NCBI GenBank assembly: GCA_964016885.1
Contig: OZ024740.1
Span: 412,362,001 to 412,426,000, forward strand
DNA: 64,000 nt
From: Eledone cirrhosa
Taxonomy: Eukaryota
Direction: 5' to 3'
The first letter of the stretch is position 1; each line of letters starts with the position of its first letter. The position numbers and the translations under genes were made by a program. The notes under the pieces are model-generated. The model was given only the letters and a program-made list of their open reading frames with translations, did no database searches and was not told the origin of the DNA. Positions 13,501 through 25,037 of this stretch are shown piece by piece.

Positions 13501-13947
13501 GCTTGCGTCTAAGATGCCGTTCGAGTCCCCCGTTAACAGTAAAGGGCGAGACGTACCCAGAAAGGCTTCCAGGCGTCAAAAGAAGTCCGGCCGTCCTGCC
13601 TCAGTAGGAGCATCGACAGCCACCAGTCTAAAGGTAGCACCTTCGTTATTGTTCACGTCCAGGACCACCAACTTCCCGTCCGGGTCCCGGAAGATCGACC
13701 TTACCTCGAGCTCCAGGCCTTTCCTAAACAGCACTGCCACCCCGCCTCCCATTCCCGGCCGGCTAACAGATGCAAAGATCTGATAGTCGTCGAAAAGGGG
13801 GGCTAGTGCCCGTGTGTCGGAAATCTTGGTCTCGCTGACGGCAATTACATCCATTTCTATAGACCTGAGGTCGTTGAGCAGGTGACCCTGCTTCCAGGAC
13901 GATCCCAGGCCTCGAACATTTAAACATCCTACTCTTAATACGGCCAT
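10580..13947 (-). pseudogene. T1 ORF2 (APE-RT-CCHC), frameshifted
   Basis: Pieces 13576-13947, 13043-13390, 12599-13021, 12501-12719, 12252-12473, 11836-12327, 10887-11849 and 10630-10923 tile one L1/Tx1 ORF2. Confidence 0.9.
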
Positions 13948-13978
13948 GTTGGCAAGTTAAAAAGAGAGAGAGGAAGGT

Positions 13979-15815
13979 TTACTTATCTTCCGGGCTCTTG
14001 TGGAGGCCGGGTTTTTCGACCTCGATAGTTGGTGGGGTTTCTTTTGGGAAGCCCTTTAAAAGTCTTGAAGTGGGTTTTACGTTCGGGGTTCCCACGTCCC
14101 GAGGAAAGCTGTCTCGTATTTCTTTGAATATGTCGAGCGACATTCGCACCAGAACCAAATCTTCCGGCACGCGAAATATACTCGATTTAAAAATTTCCCC
14201 TCTTTTTATATATTTTCACTTCGTGCTACGAGGGCCATCAGTTCCTTGTTGGCCCTCCTGACGAGCACCAAGTTTTGTATGTTTTGTATGTTTTGTTGGT
14301 GTGATTTTATTTGTTTGCGTGGCTGTGGTGGTGATGGTTTTGGTGGTGTTGTTTCGGTTGTATCTGTGTTTGTTGTGAGTGCGGTGTCTGTGGTTTCAGA
14401 TGTTTGTGTGTATATTTTTTCTTGCGTCTGTTTAGGTTGTTTGCGTTTGGGGGATTCTGGTGATGGTGGTGGTGGTGGTGATGTTGGTGTTATTGGAGAG
14501 ATGTTTGCGTGGGTGGTGTCTGCGTTTTTTATTGTGGGTGATTTTGTGCTTTGTTGAGTTTTTTTTTCTTTTTGTGTATCCTTTTTTGTATTTTGGGGGA
14601 TTTTGGTTTTCCCTCATCTTCACTACTGGTAGATGAGGGGTCTGTGTCTGTAAGTATATCTGTATAAGTATGTTTATGGTTTTATTGGTGTGTGTATTTT
14701 TTGGGGGGGAGGGGGAATTTGACAGCTTTCCTCGTTTCCCCCTTGGGTGGTCAATGTTGGTGGTTGTCATTCTATTGGTGCTGTTTTTGGTGGTTTTGCC
14801 GGTGCTGGTGTGTTGGTTGTGGTCCTCGCCCCGGCATCGGCAGCAGTGGAGCCTTTCGACCCCTTGCTTCTTTCAGCAGTTGAGGGCAGAAAGCTCGCAA
14901 ATGGGTTTTTTCCCCACAAACTAAACACTGCGGCATTTTGCCTTCGGTCATAATGTGAATGACCGTCCCATTCTGAAGGCGGGTGTGGTCCGGGATTGTC
15001 TTCACATTCTCGGGCTTGATCTTCTCGGGCCGTTCTTTTTCCAATGTGGGAGGGGTACATTATGGCCTTGCTGGTTTTGCAAGGAGTCATAGATGTTTCA
15101 TAGCGAGGGCTTCTGACTTGAACAACACCGAAATGGAGCCGTACTGTCTGCCCCTCTCTCTGTATTCGGTGTCTTCTCTGATGCACCTCAGCGCGACTTC
15201 GACATCTTCTTGTGGGATTAAAGCTGCCCTTTTTGTTTGTGCTGAGATGCGTCTATAATGCACCGTTCTGCGCTCCACTGCTTCAATAGTTTCTACCGGG
15301 ACAGTTAAGTCGACCCAGGTTTTCTCTTGCTTGATGAGCTTCCATGCCTGGGCCAACTTTTCATCTTTGTTTGAGAGGTCCATGTTGAAGCATGGCCTCT
15401 TTTTTGATGCTGCCGCAGCGAGAGTGTTCTTCTTGTTTTCGTTGAGGGTGTTGTGGTCGTTGTCGTTGTTCTTGTTGGTGTTGTTGTTAGCACTGTCGCT
15501 GTTATCATTGTTATCTTTGTTGCCACCGTTGTTCTCGGTGCAGTTGGTATTGTTGCTGTTGGTGTTGTCGCTATTTGTTTTCATGTTAGTGGTGTTGATA
15601 TTGTTGTTGTATTTGTTATTTTTTTTTTGTTATCTGTATTTTCGTTGACGCTGTTACTGTCATTTTTTAAAAATTAGAGTTCTCATTGGTATCAGTGTCT
15701 TTGTTTACATTGTTTGTTGTGGTATTTGTGTTAATTTCGCTGTAGCGCTCCTCTCAACTTCTACGTCGTTGTCGCACGACAGCAGACATATCGCTGGGGT
15801 GCGTGGCTCAGCCAT
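13979..15815 (-). pseudogene. T1 ORF1 (Asn-rich N-terminus, zinc knuckle), frameshifted
   Basis: ORF pieces 15087-15584, 14772-15044 (CLVCGEKTHLRAFC) and 13979-14170. Confidence 0.75.
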
Positions 15816-16051
15816 GTTCTTTTTTCTCCGTAAATGTTTTAACATGTAAAAACAATTCAAATATTTGGGCCAAAAGGTTCAAATATTATACTTTCCCCTT
15901 CACTGGGCAAAGTCTAAGGGCTTATATCCCGTACACAACAATACATATTAACAACAAATAATTTTAACAGACAAATAAAGCGACTTACTGGGAGCGAGCA
16001 AAATACGTCCGCTTAGAACAATAATGATGAAAATAATAATTATAAAAAACC

Positions 16052-16052
<1 letters not shown>

Positions 16053-16098
<46 letters not shown>
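16053..16098. repeat. (AAT)n microsatellite between T1 and T2
   Basis: Read directly. Confidence 0.95.
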
Positions 16099-16100
<2 letters not shown>

Positions 16101-19100
16101 TTTCTTTATTAACCACAAGGGTTTACATAAAGTAGACATTAAGGACAGTGCAGGACAATGCAGGACGGTACAAATGGGCATTTCTGCGTGTAAAAAACAA
16201 AAACAGAGGATGTAACAAAAATAACAATGAAAATAACAATGAAAAATTCCCCAATAGGGGGGAGACTTCGGAGGGACATTTGTGGAGAAAGTCCAGTAAA
16301 AAGCCACAATGACCCTGACCACCAAGGCAAGTGCCCTCTCCCAGTTTTCCACCTTTAATTTACAGATATATACTCAGAGTAGGCCCATTCACTCGGGCCA
16401 TTCTTGCTTCTCTCACCCATCTTTCAACAAAATGCTGGGGAGAGAGCACTTCCCTCTCTACTCTGATTTTCCTTTTCAAATGAAATTTGAAAAAGTCAAT
16501 CAGAGCATCACCGAAGAGGTAAGTGCTCGTCTTCAGCCCTTTCAAACGTGTCCACCATACTATCTCTTTCGCCATGGCCACCAGACAGATAAAAACTGCC
16601 TGCCCTTCCCGGCTAAAGGAGGAGGGCGGGGAAATCCTCACGATGGACTCAGATGATAGCCGGATCCGTCCTACACGCGACAGCAGGTGTTCGACATAAA
16701 ACCACAAGTCAGCAATTTTCGGACACTGGACGAGTGCGTGCAGGACGGTTTCGTCGCCCTGCGCGCATCTCGGACATGCCCGGCTGACGGCACCTCCATG
16801 CCTGTAGAGTTTATCCCGAACTGGCAAGACTCCTCGGTAGCACTGCCAGGCCAGAGATTTCTGGAAGTTGTCCATAGGCCCTGGCCCGAAAGTTCTTCCG
16901 AAGAGATTGGCTAGTTGATTTTCGTCGACGACTAGAGTTTCCCCAAGTACGTCGTCGCTCTTCCCCTCCACTAATCCTTTATCGAACGCCGAGGTGGAGT
17001 TTCCACCTATCACATTGCCCGATTGGTCGACGGTTGTGGGCGCCTGAAGACATTCCAGTCTCCAGGCGCTACCTCTCGGTCTTCGCTTGACCCAGGCCTG
17101 CAGCTCCGTCAAGGAAACGAGCTGGGGAAATACGTGTCTAGCAAACGGCAACCACACCTGATCACCGTCGAGGAAGAGGTGGAGATGTCGTAGCCTGAAC
17201 GCGTGTCTGCGCATCATCAGCCACGGCATGCCCAGCCCTCCACGTAGCGGGTGTTGACAACAGATGGACCGCCTGACCATTGGAGCGCCTCCCTTCCACA
17301 AAAAGCGAAAGAGCAAACGCTCCAGCGCAGTCAGGTGGGGCTTAGGACAAGGTACGACGGTCAGGCGGTAGCAGATGACAGACGCGATGTACGCGTTAGC
17401 CACCTCCGCTCGACCTTTCAGGGATAGCTTCCTCTCCGCCCATTTCTGGGTGAGAGAAGCCACCCTGCTCGTCACCTCGTCCCAGTTTTTGTCCGTCTGG
17501 AGGTCCGGACCGAACCAGACCCCTAGCAATTTAACCGGTCCGTCCGTCCAGCGTCCGACAACGCTGTTGGACGGCATGTACCTGCCTCTCCAGGTGCCGA
17601 GCTGCAGGCCCACTCACTTTTCTTGGTTGATCATTGCCCCTGTCACCGCTTCGTATTCTCTTAGTGTAGTGCCGATCGCCTCGATGTGTTTGGCGTTCGA
17701 CACCACTACGGTGATATCGTCTGCATATGCTGACACGGATCTTCCGCGTCCTAGTTCACGCGGGACCCCCTCAACGTCTCCAGCACTAATGGTTCGAGAG
17801 TCAATACGTACAAGAGGGACGAGAGGGGACATCCTTTGCTGACCGAGCGCATGATGTTGAACGGTTCCGAAAGGTGACCGTTCACTCTCACCACAGAGCA
17901 GATGTCGCTGTGCATGGCAGCAATACAGCCTCTGAAGCCGGGCCCAAAGCTAGCCGCCCTCAGGACTGCCGCTAGGTAACGATGGTCGACCATATCGAAA
18001 GCTTTCGACTGATCTAAATTGATCAAGGACCCACCCGTGCCAGGTTCCCTAGCTACCCTCTCTACGATGTATCGCATGGGGTGGAGGTTGTCGTGGATGG
18101 AGCTATCGGGAATGGCGTACGTCTGCGCCTCTCCCACCAGACCACCAACGACAAGCGACAACCTCTTTGCTAGCACCTTCGCCAAAATATTGAACTCTGT
18201 GTTTAGCAGAGGTATGGGCCTAGAATGATCTATGTTATCCCCCTTGTTCGGATCTTTTCTCAGCAGCGCCACAGCTCCTCGGCTCACAGAGCTGATAATT
18301 CTCCCGTACTGTTGCCAGTTGCAGTAGACGTCCTACGAATAAGTCTGGCATTTGTACGTAAAGTTCATAGGGTAGAACAACCAAACCAGGCGATTTACCC
18401 GTTGTGCAGTCAATAATTGCCTCCCGTACTGCAGGGGCTGTTATCGGCTTTTCGCAACACTCCGCCTCAGTGGCCGAGAGTCGCGGCAGTCCGTCGAGGT
18501 AGACACTAAAGTCCATCCCACGATCCGGCCCGCCGCTGCCCCCGAACAGTTGAGCGAAGTGTCGCTGAAAAGCTTCACACATTTGCCCGGGATCGAGTAG
18601 CATGCGCCCGTCGTGGTCCACTAAGACCGGATCCTGGTTTGTTGCTACGACGCGCCTCCGCCACTCGGGCCCATTGAACGGCTTTCGGCCCCTCGTGTCT
18701 GAGAGCACGCAACCTAGCTCTGACAACGCAGCCTTCGTGCTTTGTATTGAAGAATTGGTTAAGGGCCAATTTCGCCGCAAGTACGTCTAATTTTCTTACT
18801 AGTTCTTCCTCTGCTCTATTTTTCTCTATAGCTAAAACCTTACTAAACCTAATGGACTCTATTCTAATCGCTCTTTTCAGAGCAAACCACCACTTGTTGA
18901 CGATGGCCCCCGTCAACACTCGCTTAACTAGTTCGCTAATCCGGTCTCATAGGCCTTGCGCGCTGGTAAATACGAGTTTAGCTTCCAGTAGCCGGGTCCT
19001 CGTCTATGAAGCCTATCTAAGTCAAGCACACAGATCACGAATTTGTGATCCGTGTAGCTGACTATCTTGAATTGTGGACAGCTTATGCTAGACCTATCTA

Positions 19101-21619
19101 TTTCCCTACAAAATACACTATCTAGATATGATGTGGATGACCTGATCCGATTTGTCCAAGTCCACATTGGCACATTCGGGAAATCCAATCGGTACCTGTC
19201 AGACAGTTCAAAACGCCTGAGCAGGTTGGTGAGGCTCTTGCACCCTCCTCCCCTATCCGCTAATCCCACACAGTCCCAGCGTGCATCTAAGATCCCGTTC
19301 CAGTCGCCCACTAACACTAAAGAGCGGGACGTTCCTAGAAAGGTCTCCAGCCGCCGGAACAAATCAGGCCGTCCTACCCCTGTAGGGGCATAGACGGCCA
19401 CTAGCCTGAAAGCTTGCCCGTCTCCGCTGGTCACGTCCAGCACCACCAACTTACCTTCTGGGTCCAGGAAGATGGCGCGTATGGCGAGATCCAAACCTCT
19501 CTGAAAAAGCACAGCAAATCCACCACCCCCGATCCAGGACGGCTGGGAGATGCGTACACATCGTAGACGCAGAAGATCGGTGCGAAGGCCCGTGCTTCGG
19601 AGATTCTGGTCTCGCTGATGGCCACTACATCTATGTTTAATGACCTGAGGTCGTTGAGCATGTGGCTCTGCTTCCATGACGACCCCAAGCCACGCGCATT
19701 TATGCTGCCTATTCTGAGTGAGGTCATGTTGAAATGGAGTGGAGAAGATGGAAATGACCACTTACCTTACTTCTTCTCGCAGAGGAAGGATTGTTTCACC
19801 ATCTCTTTTCACTTGATCGTCTGGTGAAGGGACCGCTGAATCGCTCCTTCGGCTGGTCGTCGGCTCTTCTGTGAGTATATCCGAATATACCCTCCGGTTG
19901 AGTGTCCCCACTAGGTCTCTGAAATCACCAACTGCGTTGGGGAATTTCGTTTTAATGTTTGTGTATTGTTTCTGTGCTATTTTTACCTGTCTTATGTTCG
20001 TTGGTGTTTTGATTGGTGCTGGTATTATGTAGTCGTGCTGTGAAATGTCTGTGTGTTCAATTATGTAAGTCATTAATTTCTTGTTGGGCGGTGGATTGGC
20101 AGTATCGGTAGAGGGTCGGACGCCATGCTTTGACGTATAGAGTTACGGCACTTTATGATCTGAGCTCAAATCCCGCCGACGAGGTTAACTTTGCCTTTCA
20201 TCCTTATGGGGTCGATAAAATAAAGTACCAGTCACGCATTGGGGTCGATTTAATCGACTTCCTCCCACCCCACCCCCAAATTACTGGCCTTGTGCCTATA
20301 TAAGAAACAATTAATTTCTTGTTGTGTGTATTTATTGCTGTGCATTTGTTTTTCTGGGGGTGGGGTGAGGTTCTGCTTTGTTCATTTCGTTGTTGCTGGG
20401 TGTGTGTGTTTTGTTGTGTTTGCGATGTTGGTGCTTGTGGTGGTGGTGTTGAAGGTGTTGTTGGCGGTGGGGTTGCCGCCGGTGGTGATGGTGGTGCTAG
20501 TGTGGGTGGTGATGGTGTTGGTGGTGTTGCTCATGTAAGTCCTTTTGCAGTAGCCTTTACCCTTTTTTCGTTTCTTTGCTCCCTTTTCGAATACAACGAT
20601 GCGCTGCTTCTGAGTTTGTGCCTTCTTGCGACCTTTTGTCATCCCTCTCCCATCTCACACTCCATGTCCGAATCTGTGAGGTCGGGGAGGGGTATCAGCT
20701 CCATTCTTTTACTTGTTGTTGGTGATGTTTGCAGTGGAGTCTCTGTTGCTGCTGGAGTTGGTATTGCTGTTGTTGTTGTTAATACTTCCACTGCTGCTGC
20801 TGTTCTTGATTTCCGTGGCGTGGGTATAGGTGCCACGGACCTATCCTTCCTGGTTGCCGCCTGTCCTGTTGCAGGTAGCAGTGGAGCCGGTTTCGGAAGA
20901 AAGGGGGTTTTCTCCTTTCTCAGGGTGTTCTCATTGCAGAAGGCCCTGAGGTGAGTCTTCGATCCACAGCGAAAGCATTTGGGGCGTTTGCCCTCAACAC
21001 TTATGGGCACTTGAGTGCCGTTATCGAAGTCTATAACATCCGGGATAGCTTCGATGCACTCCTGGTTGGTTTGGATTAACATCTCAATGGAGGTGCCGAC
21101 TCAATCTTCTCGTACTTTTTTCTGTACTTGCAGTACAGTTGTTTTGTCCTCGATTCCGACGAGGACAGACGCGGCCAACCACGAAGGGGCCAACCAATTG
21201 GTGTCAGTTTGACCCTCACAATTTTTGTCCGCAGTAGGATAGCACCAACAACATTTGCTCGCTCCTTAGGGTCACTAAGGATTGAGCCTTTGCCTCCTGG
21301 GGTGTGGCAAAAAGCACGTCCACGGTGGCATATTTCTTGCCTCAGGTGATATGCGTTTTCCGCTGCCACACATACCCTAAGGCTTTTTGTATTTGAGCCT
21401 CTGTGGCCCTTTCAACCCTATCGGAATTTGTGCTTTCTGTATGGTACGTGACCGTACAGTGCTGTTGTGTTTCGACAAATTTTTCGGCTGCCTTGCAGAT
21501 TGCTCGGTGTCCGGTTTTCGTCACCATCTTCTTCGCTTCCTCTAATTCCTCATTTGTTATAAAGATGGTTTCCAGGCTCTTTGCGATACCTGCAAATGAG
21601 ATTGGTTTTTCTTTGCTGC

Positions 21620-21650
<31 letters not shown>

Positions 21651-22361
21651 GCTGTTGTTGTTGTTGTCGTCGTCAGAGCTGCTGTTACTTTTGTTGTTGC
21701 TGCTGGTACTACGACTACTGCCGCCGCCGCTGTTGCCGTGTTTGCTGCTGTTGTTGCTGCTGCTGCTGCTGTTGTTGTTGCTGTTGCTGCTAATGCTGTT
21801 GTTGTTGTTTATGCTGCTGCTGATGCTGTTGCGGCTGCTGCTGTTGTTTTCCTTATCACTGTTGCTGCTGCTGCTGTTATTATGGCTGCTACTGCTATTA
21901 TTCATGACGTCAGATGAATGAAGTGGGTTTCCATATTTACTGCACACATTTTTCGTCGTTGTCGTCGTCGTGATTTTGGAAACTAATTTCCTTTACTGGC
22001 GTCGCTTGCGAAAGAGAAGGGAGGGAGAGAGACACATTTAGAGAAGGGAGGGAGAGAGACAATCTTCTGTCTGGTGTAGTGACGATTGAGGAAGAAGAAG
22101 ACGGAATGAGTGGGAGTGACTTGTGAAAATTCTTTTTTGTAGCCATGTTTCTTTTTGGTTTAAAATAAATATTGGGCAAAAAAATCCAATAAGCAGATAT
22201 TTAACCCCGAAGGGCCAAATAACGGACAGAAAGACCCCACTCACGAGGAGGATGGTGTTTTTGTCTACAATTTGGTTAAAGTTTTAAACAATTTACAATT
22301 GTTATAGCGGTTAAAATTTACAATACCTTACAGAGCCGAGTCTCCGTCAACCATGGCATTC
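16099..22361 (-). mobile_element. Full-length but decayed Tx1/L1-clade LINE, copy T2, flanked by (AAT)n on both sides
   Basis: ORF1 ~22146-19762 (poly-Asn/Ser, CFRCGSKTHLRAFC). ORF2 19727-16360 (GSINARG, GDWNG, YTDH, DQSKAFD, YADD, CPRCAQGDETVLHALVQC). 3' end ACCCTTGTGGTTAATAAAGAAATC(ATT)n. Confidence 0.95.
20087..20309 (+). mobile_element. tRNA-derived SINE, copy 2 (variant 3' part), inserted in T2 ORF1
   Basis: GGCGGTGGATTGGCAGTATCGGTAGAG head, B-box-like GAGCTCAAATCC, conserved core; 15-bp TSD ATTAATTTCTTGTTG at 20072-20086 and 20310-20324. Confidence 0.92.
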
Positions 22362-22408
<47 letters not shown>

Positions 22409-22409
<1 letters not shown>

Positions 22410-22585
22410 TGTTTCTACTTTAGGCAAAAGGCCAGCAATTACCCAGTGCATTACTGGTACTTTATTTTATCGACCCCGTAAGGATGAAAGGCAAAGTCAA
22501 CGTCGGTGGGATTTGAACTCAGATCGTAAAGGGACGTAACTATGCTGGAAAGCATAGCGTCCGACCCTCTACCGATACTGCCAAT
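22409..22585 (-). mobile_element. tRNA-derived SINE, copy 3, in (AAT)n
   Basis: Same core and tail as the other copies; abuts (AAT)n at 22362-22409. Confidence 0.9.
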
Positions 22586-22591
22586 AATAAT

Positions 22592-25016
22592 GAAAAACCA
22601 GCAAATGGAAATCCCCAGGAAAATACAAAATAGGAAAAGACAAAATACCAAATTTTTGGATAAATGCCTTCACAGAGTCTCATGAGCTGTTAGCCCAACT
22701 TTACAATGAAATAGTTAAGGAGCCAGAAAAGATACCATCATGGCTAGTTAACGGCATTACATTCCTGCTTCCGAAGAATGATGAGACAAACAATCCCAAA
22801 AATTACAAACCGATAACTTGCTTGACCACAATGTATAACATTTTAACATTAGTCCTAACTGAATATATATATGACCACCTGCTAACAAATGGCTTATTTC
22901 CCAATGAGCAGAAAAGGTGTAAACGAGGCTCATATGGCTGTAAGGATCAGATTTTGGTTAACAAAATGATACTGGAAGATTGTCATAATAGACACAAAAA
23001 TCTATCAATTGCTTGGATAGATTATAAAAAAGCATTCGATAGTTTGCCACACAGTTTGATTGAAAAGTGTTTAGAGATTTCCGAAATATCTCCCGTTGTC
23101 AGGAGGTTCTTGTCATTCAGTATGAAGACATGGAAAACGACACTCCTTTTGAATAGTGAAACAAAATCACTGGAGGCTGGAGAAGTTAATATTAATTGTG
23201 AAATTTTTCAGGGTGACTCTTTATCACCGCTTTGATTCTGCATCGCACTTATAGCATTAAGTAAAATGCTCAATGAAACAAAACATGGATATAAAGTCTA
23301 TGACAAAACCATTATCACTTGTTCTACATGGATCACATGAAACTATTTGCAAAAAATGATGAACAATTACAAGGGCTATTATCCACTGTGGAGCAGTTCA
23401 GTGATGACATTAAAATGGAGTTTGGACTAGATAAATGCGCCAAAGCAACGTTCACCAGAGGAAAGCTGCTGAAAAGTTCAGACATTACTCTTGATCCGGA
23501 GAATGTGATAAGAGAACTTGATCAAGAGGAAACTTACAAATATCTAGATGCTTGTGAAGGGGACGGAATCAAGCACTCGACAATGAGGGAAAGGATAAGG
23601 AAGGAATGTTACCGCAGAGTAAGAGCAATCTTAAGAACGGAATTGAATGCAAGGAATAGGATCGATGCGATAAACACGCTTGCCATACCAGTAGCAACCT
23701 ACAGTTACAATGTCATCAACTGGTCAAGCACAGAGATCCGTAGGCTCGATTAAAAAATTCGAAAACTCTTAACCATGCACAGAATGCATCACCCTAAGGC
23801 AGATATAGATAGAATATATCTCCCTAGGAAAGAAGGAGGACGTGGGTTATTCCAGTTAGACATTGCGTTGAAAACTGCAACAATTGGATTATCCACATAT
23901 CTAAGGGAATCACATGATTGGATGATCAAACTCGTTTTGAAACACGAAAGCATCAAAAGATCATACTCCATTACAAAAGATGCACAAAGATACAGTAATG
24001 GACTACAAATTTCAGAAGTCCCATTTACTGCTGAAATGGAAAACACAGAAAAAGCAAAGCAGGTAAAAGTAACTAAAAAGAAAGAACTGCTACAGAAACT
24101 GGCTAACAAATGGCAAGAAACGCCTCTGTATGGAAAATACCCAGAAAGAGCTAACAATCCTGATGTTGACAACACTTTAACCCATCAGTGGTTGGCATCC
24201 TCTGGACTGAAATCGGAGTCTGAAGGACTGATTAGATCAGCACAAGATCAGTGTCTGCCAACAAAAAATTACCAAGCCAACATAATAAAAAATGGATGCA
24301 GCCCATTATGCCATGTATATAAAAAACAACCAGAGACCATTGATCATATAATTTCAATGTGCAGTCCTATAGCTCCAACCGAATACCTAAACAGGCATGA
24401 CAGAGCTGCACAATACATACACTGGATAATGTGTAAGCATTTTGACCTGCCCCATCAAAAGAATTGGTGGGAGCATCAACCACCTCCATACTTGAAAAAG
24501 ATCCCATCTCAATCTTGTGGAAATTTAGCATCCAAACAGACCGAAACATAGATGCAAATAGGCCTGATATAATATTGAAGTACTTTAAAAAGAGGGTATG
24601 CCTGCTAATTGATATGTCCGTTCCAATAGACAAGAATGTATCTATAAAAACATTTGAAAAATTGAGCAAGTATAAGGACCTGGAGATAGAAATTGGAAAA
24701 ATGTTGAAATTGAGAACTAAAACAATACCAGTGGTTGTAGGCGCTCTAGGAATGATACCGAAGGGGTCTAATGATTATTTATCGCAAATGCCAGGAAACC
24801 CGCGTATAGGAGAAATACAAATGATAGTACTAATGGGAACTGCCCATTTACTAAGGAAGATTCTGTCAATATAAGTACATCACAAGTCTACACACCTAAA
24901 GATGCATGTGTGTGTATGTTCTTTCTTGAACATGGCGGACATTGTTGTCTCTTGAGGTCACTGGTGGTGACTTGGTGATAAGTCGTATGAATATAAAGCA
25001 AGATAAATGCAACTAC
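22592..25016 (+). mobile_element. 5'-truncated R4/Dong-like LINE, family A (RT + CCHC + RLE)
   Basis: [28 protein letters not shown]; CHVYKKQPETIDHIISMC zinc finger; RPDIILK..CLLIDMSVP..EKLSKY PD-(D/E)XK endonuclease; 3' UTR ends in (AAT)n. Confidence 0.92.
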
Positions 25017-25037
25017 AATAATAATAATAATAATAAT

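Larger units (their letters stand above)
10314..16029 (-). mobile_element. Full-length but decayed Tx1/L1-clade LINE, copy T1
   Basis: ORF1 with CX2CX4HX4C knuckle (CLVCGEKTHLRAFC); ORF2 with APE (GCLNVRG..ETK..SYIDRI..SDH) and RT (FRPITLLN, DQSKAFD, RQGCPLS, YADD). 3' end GCCCTTGTGGCTAATAAATGAAATC followed by ATT repeats. Candidate TSD AAAATAATAAT at 10303-10313 and 16030-16040. Confidence 0.95.
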
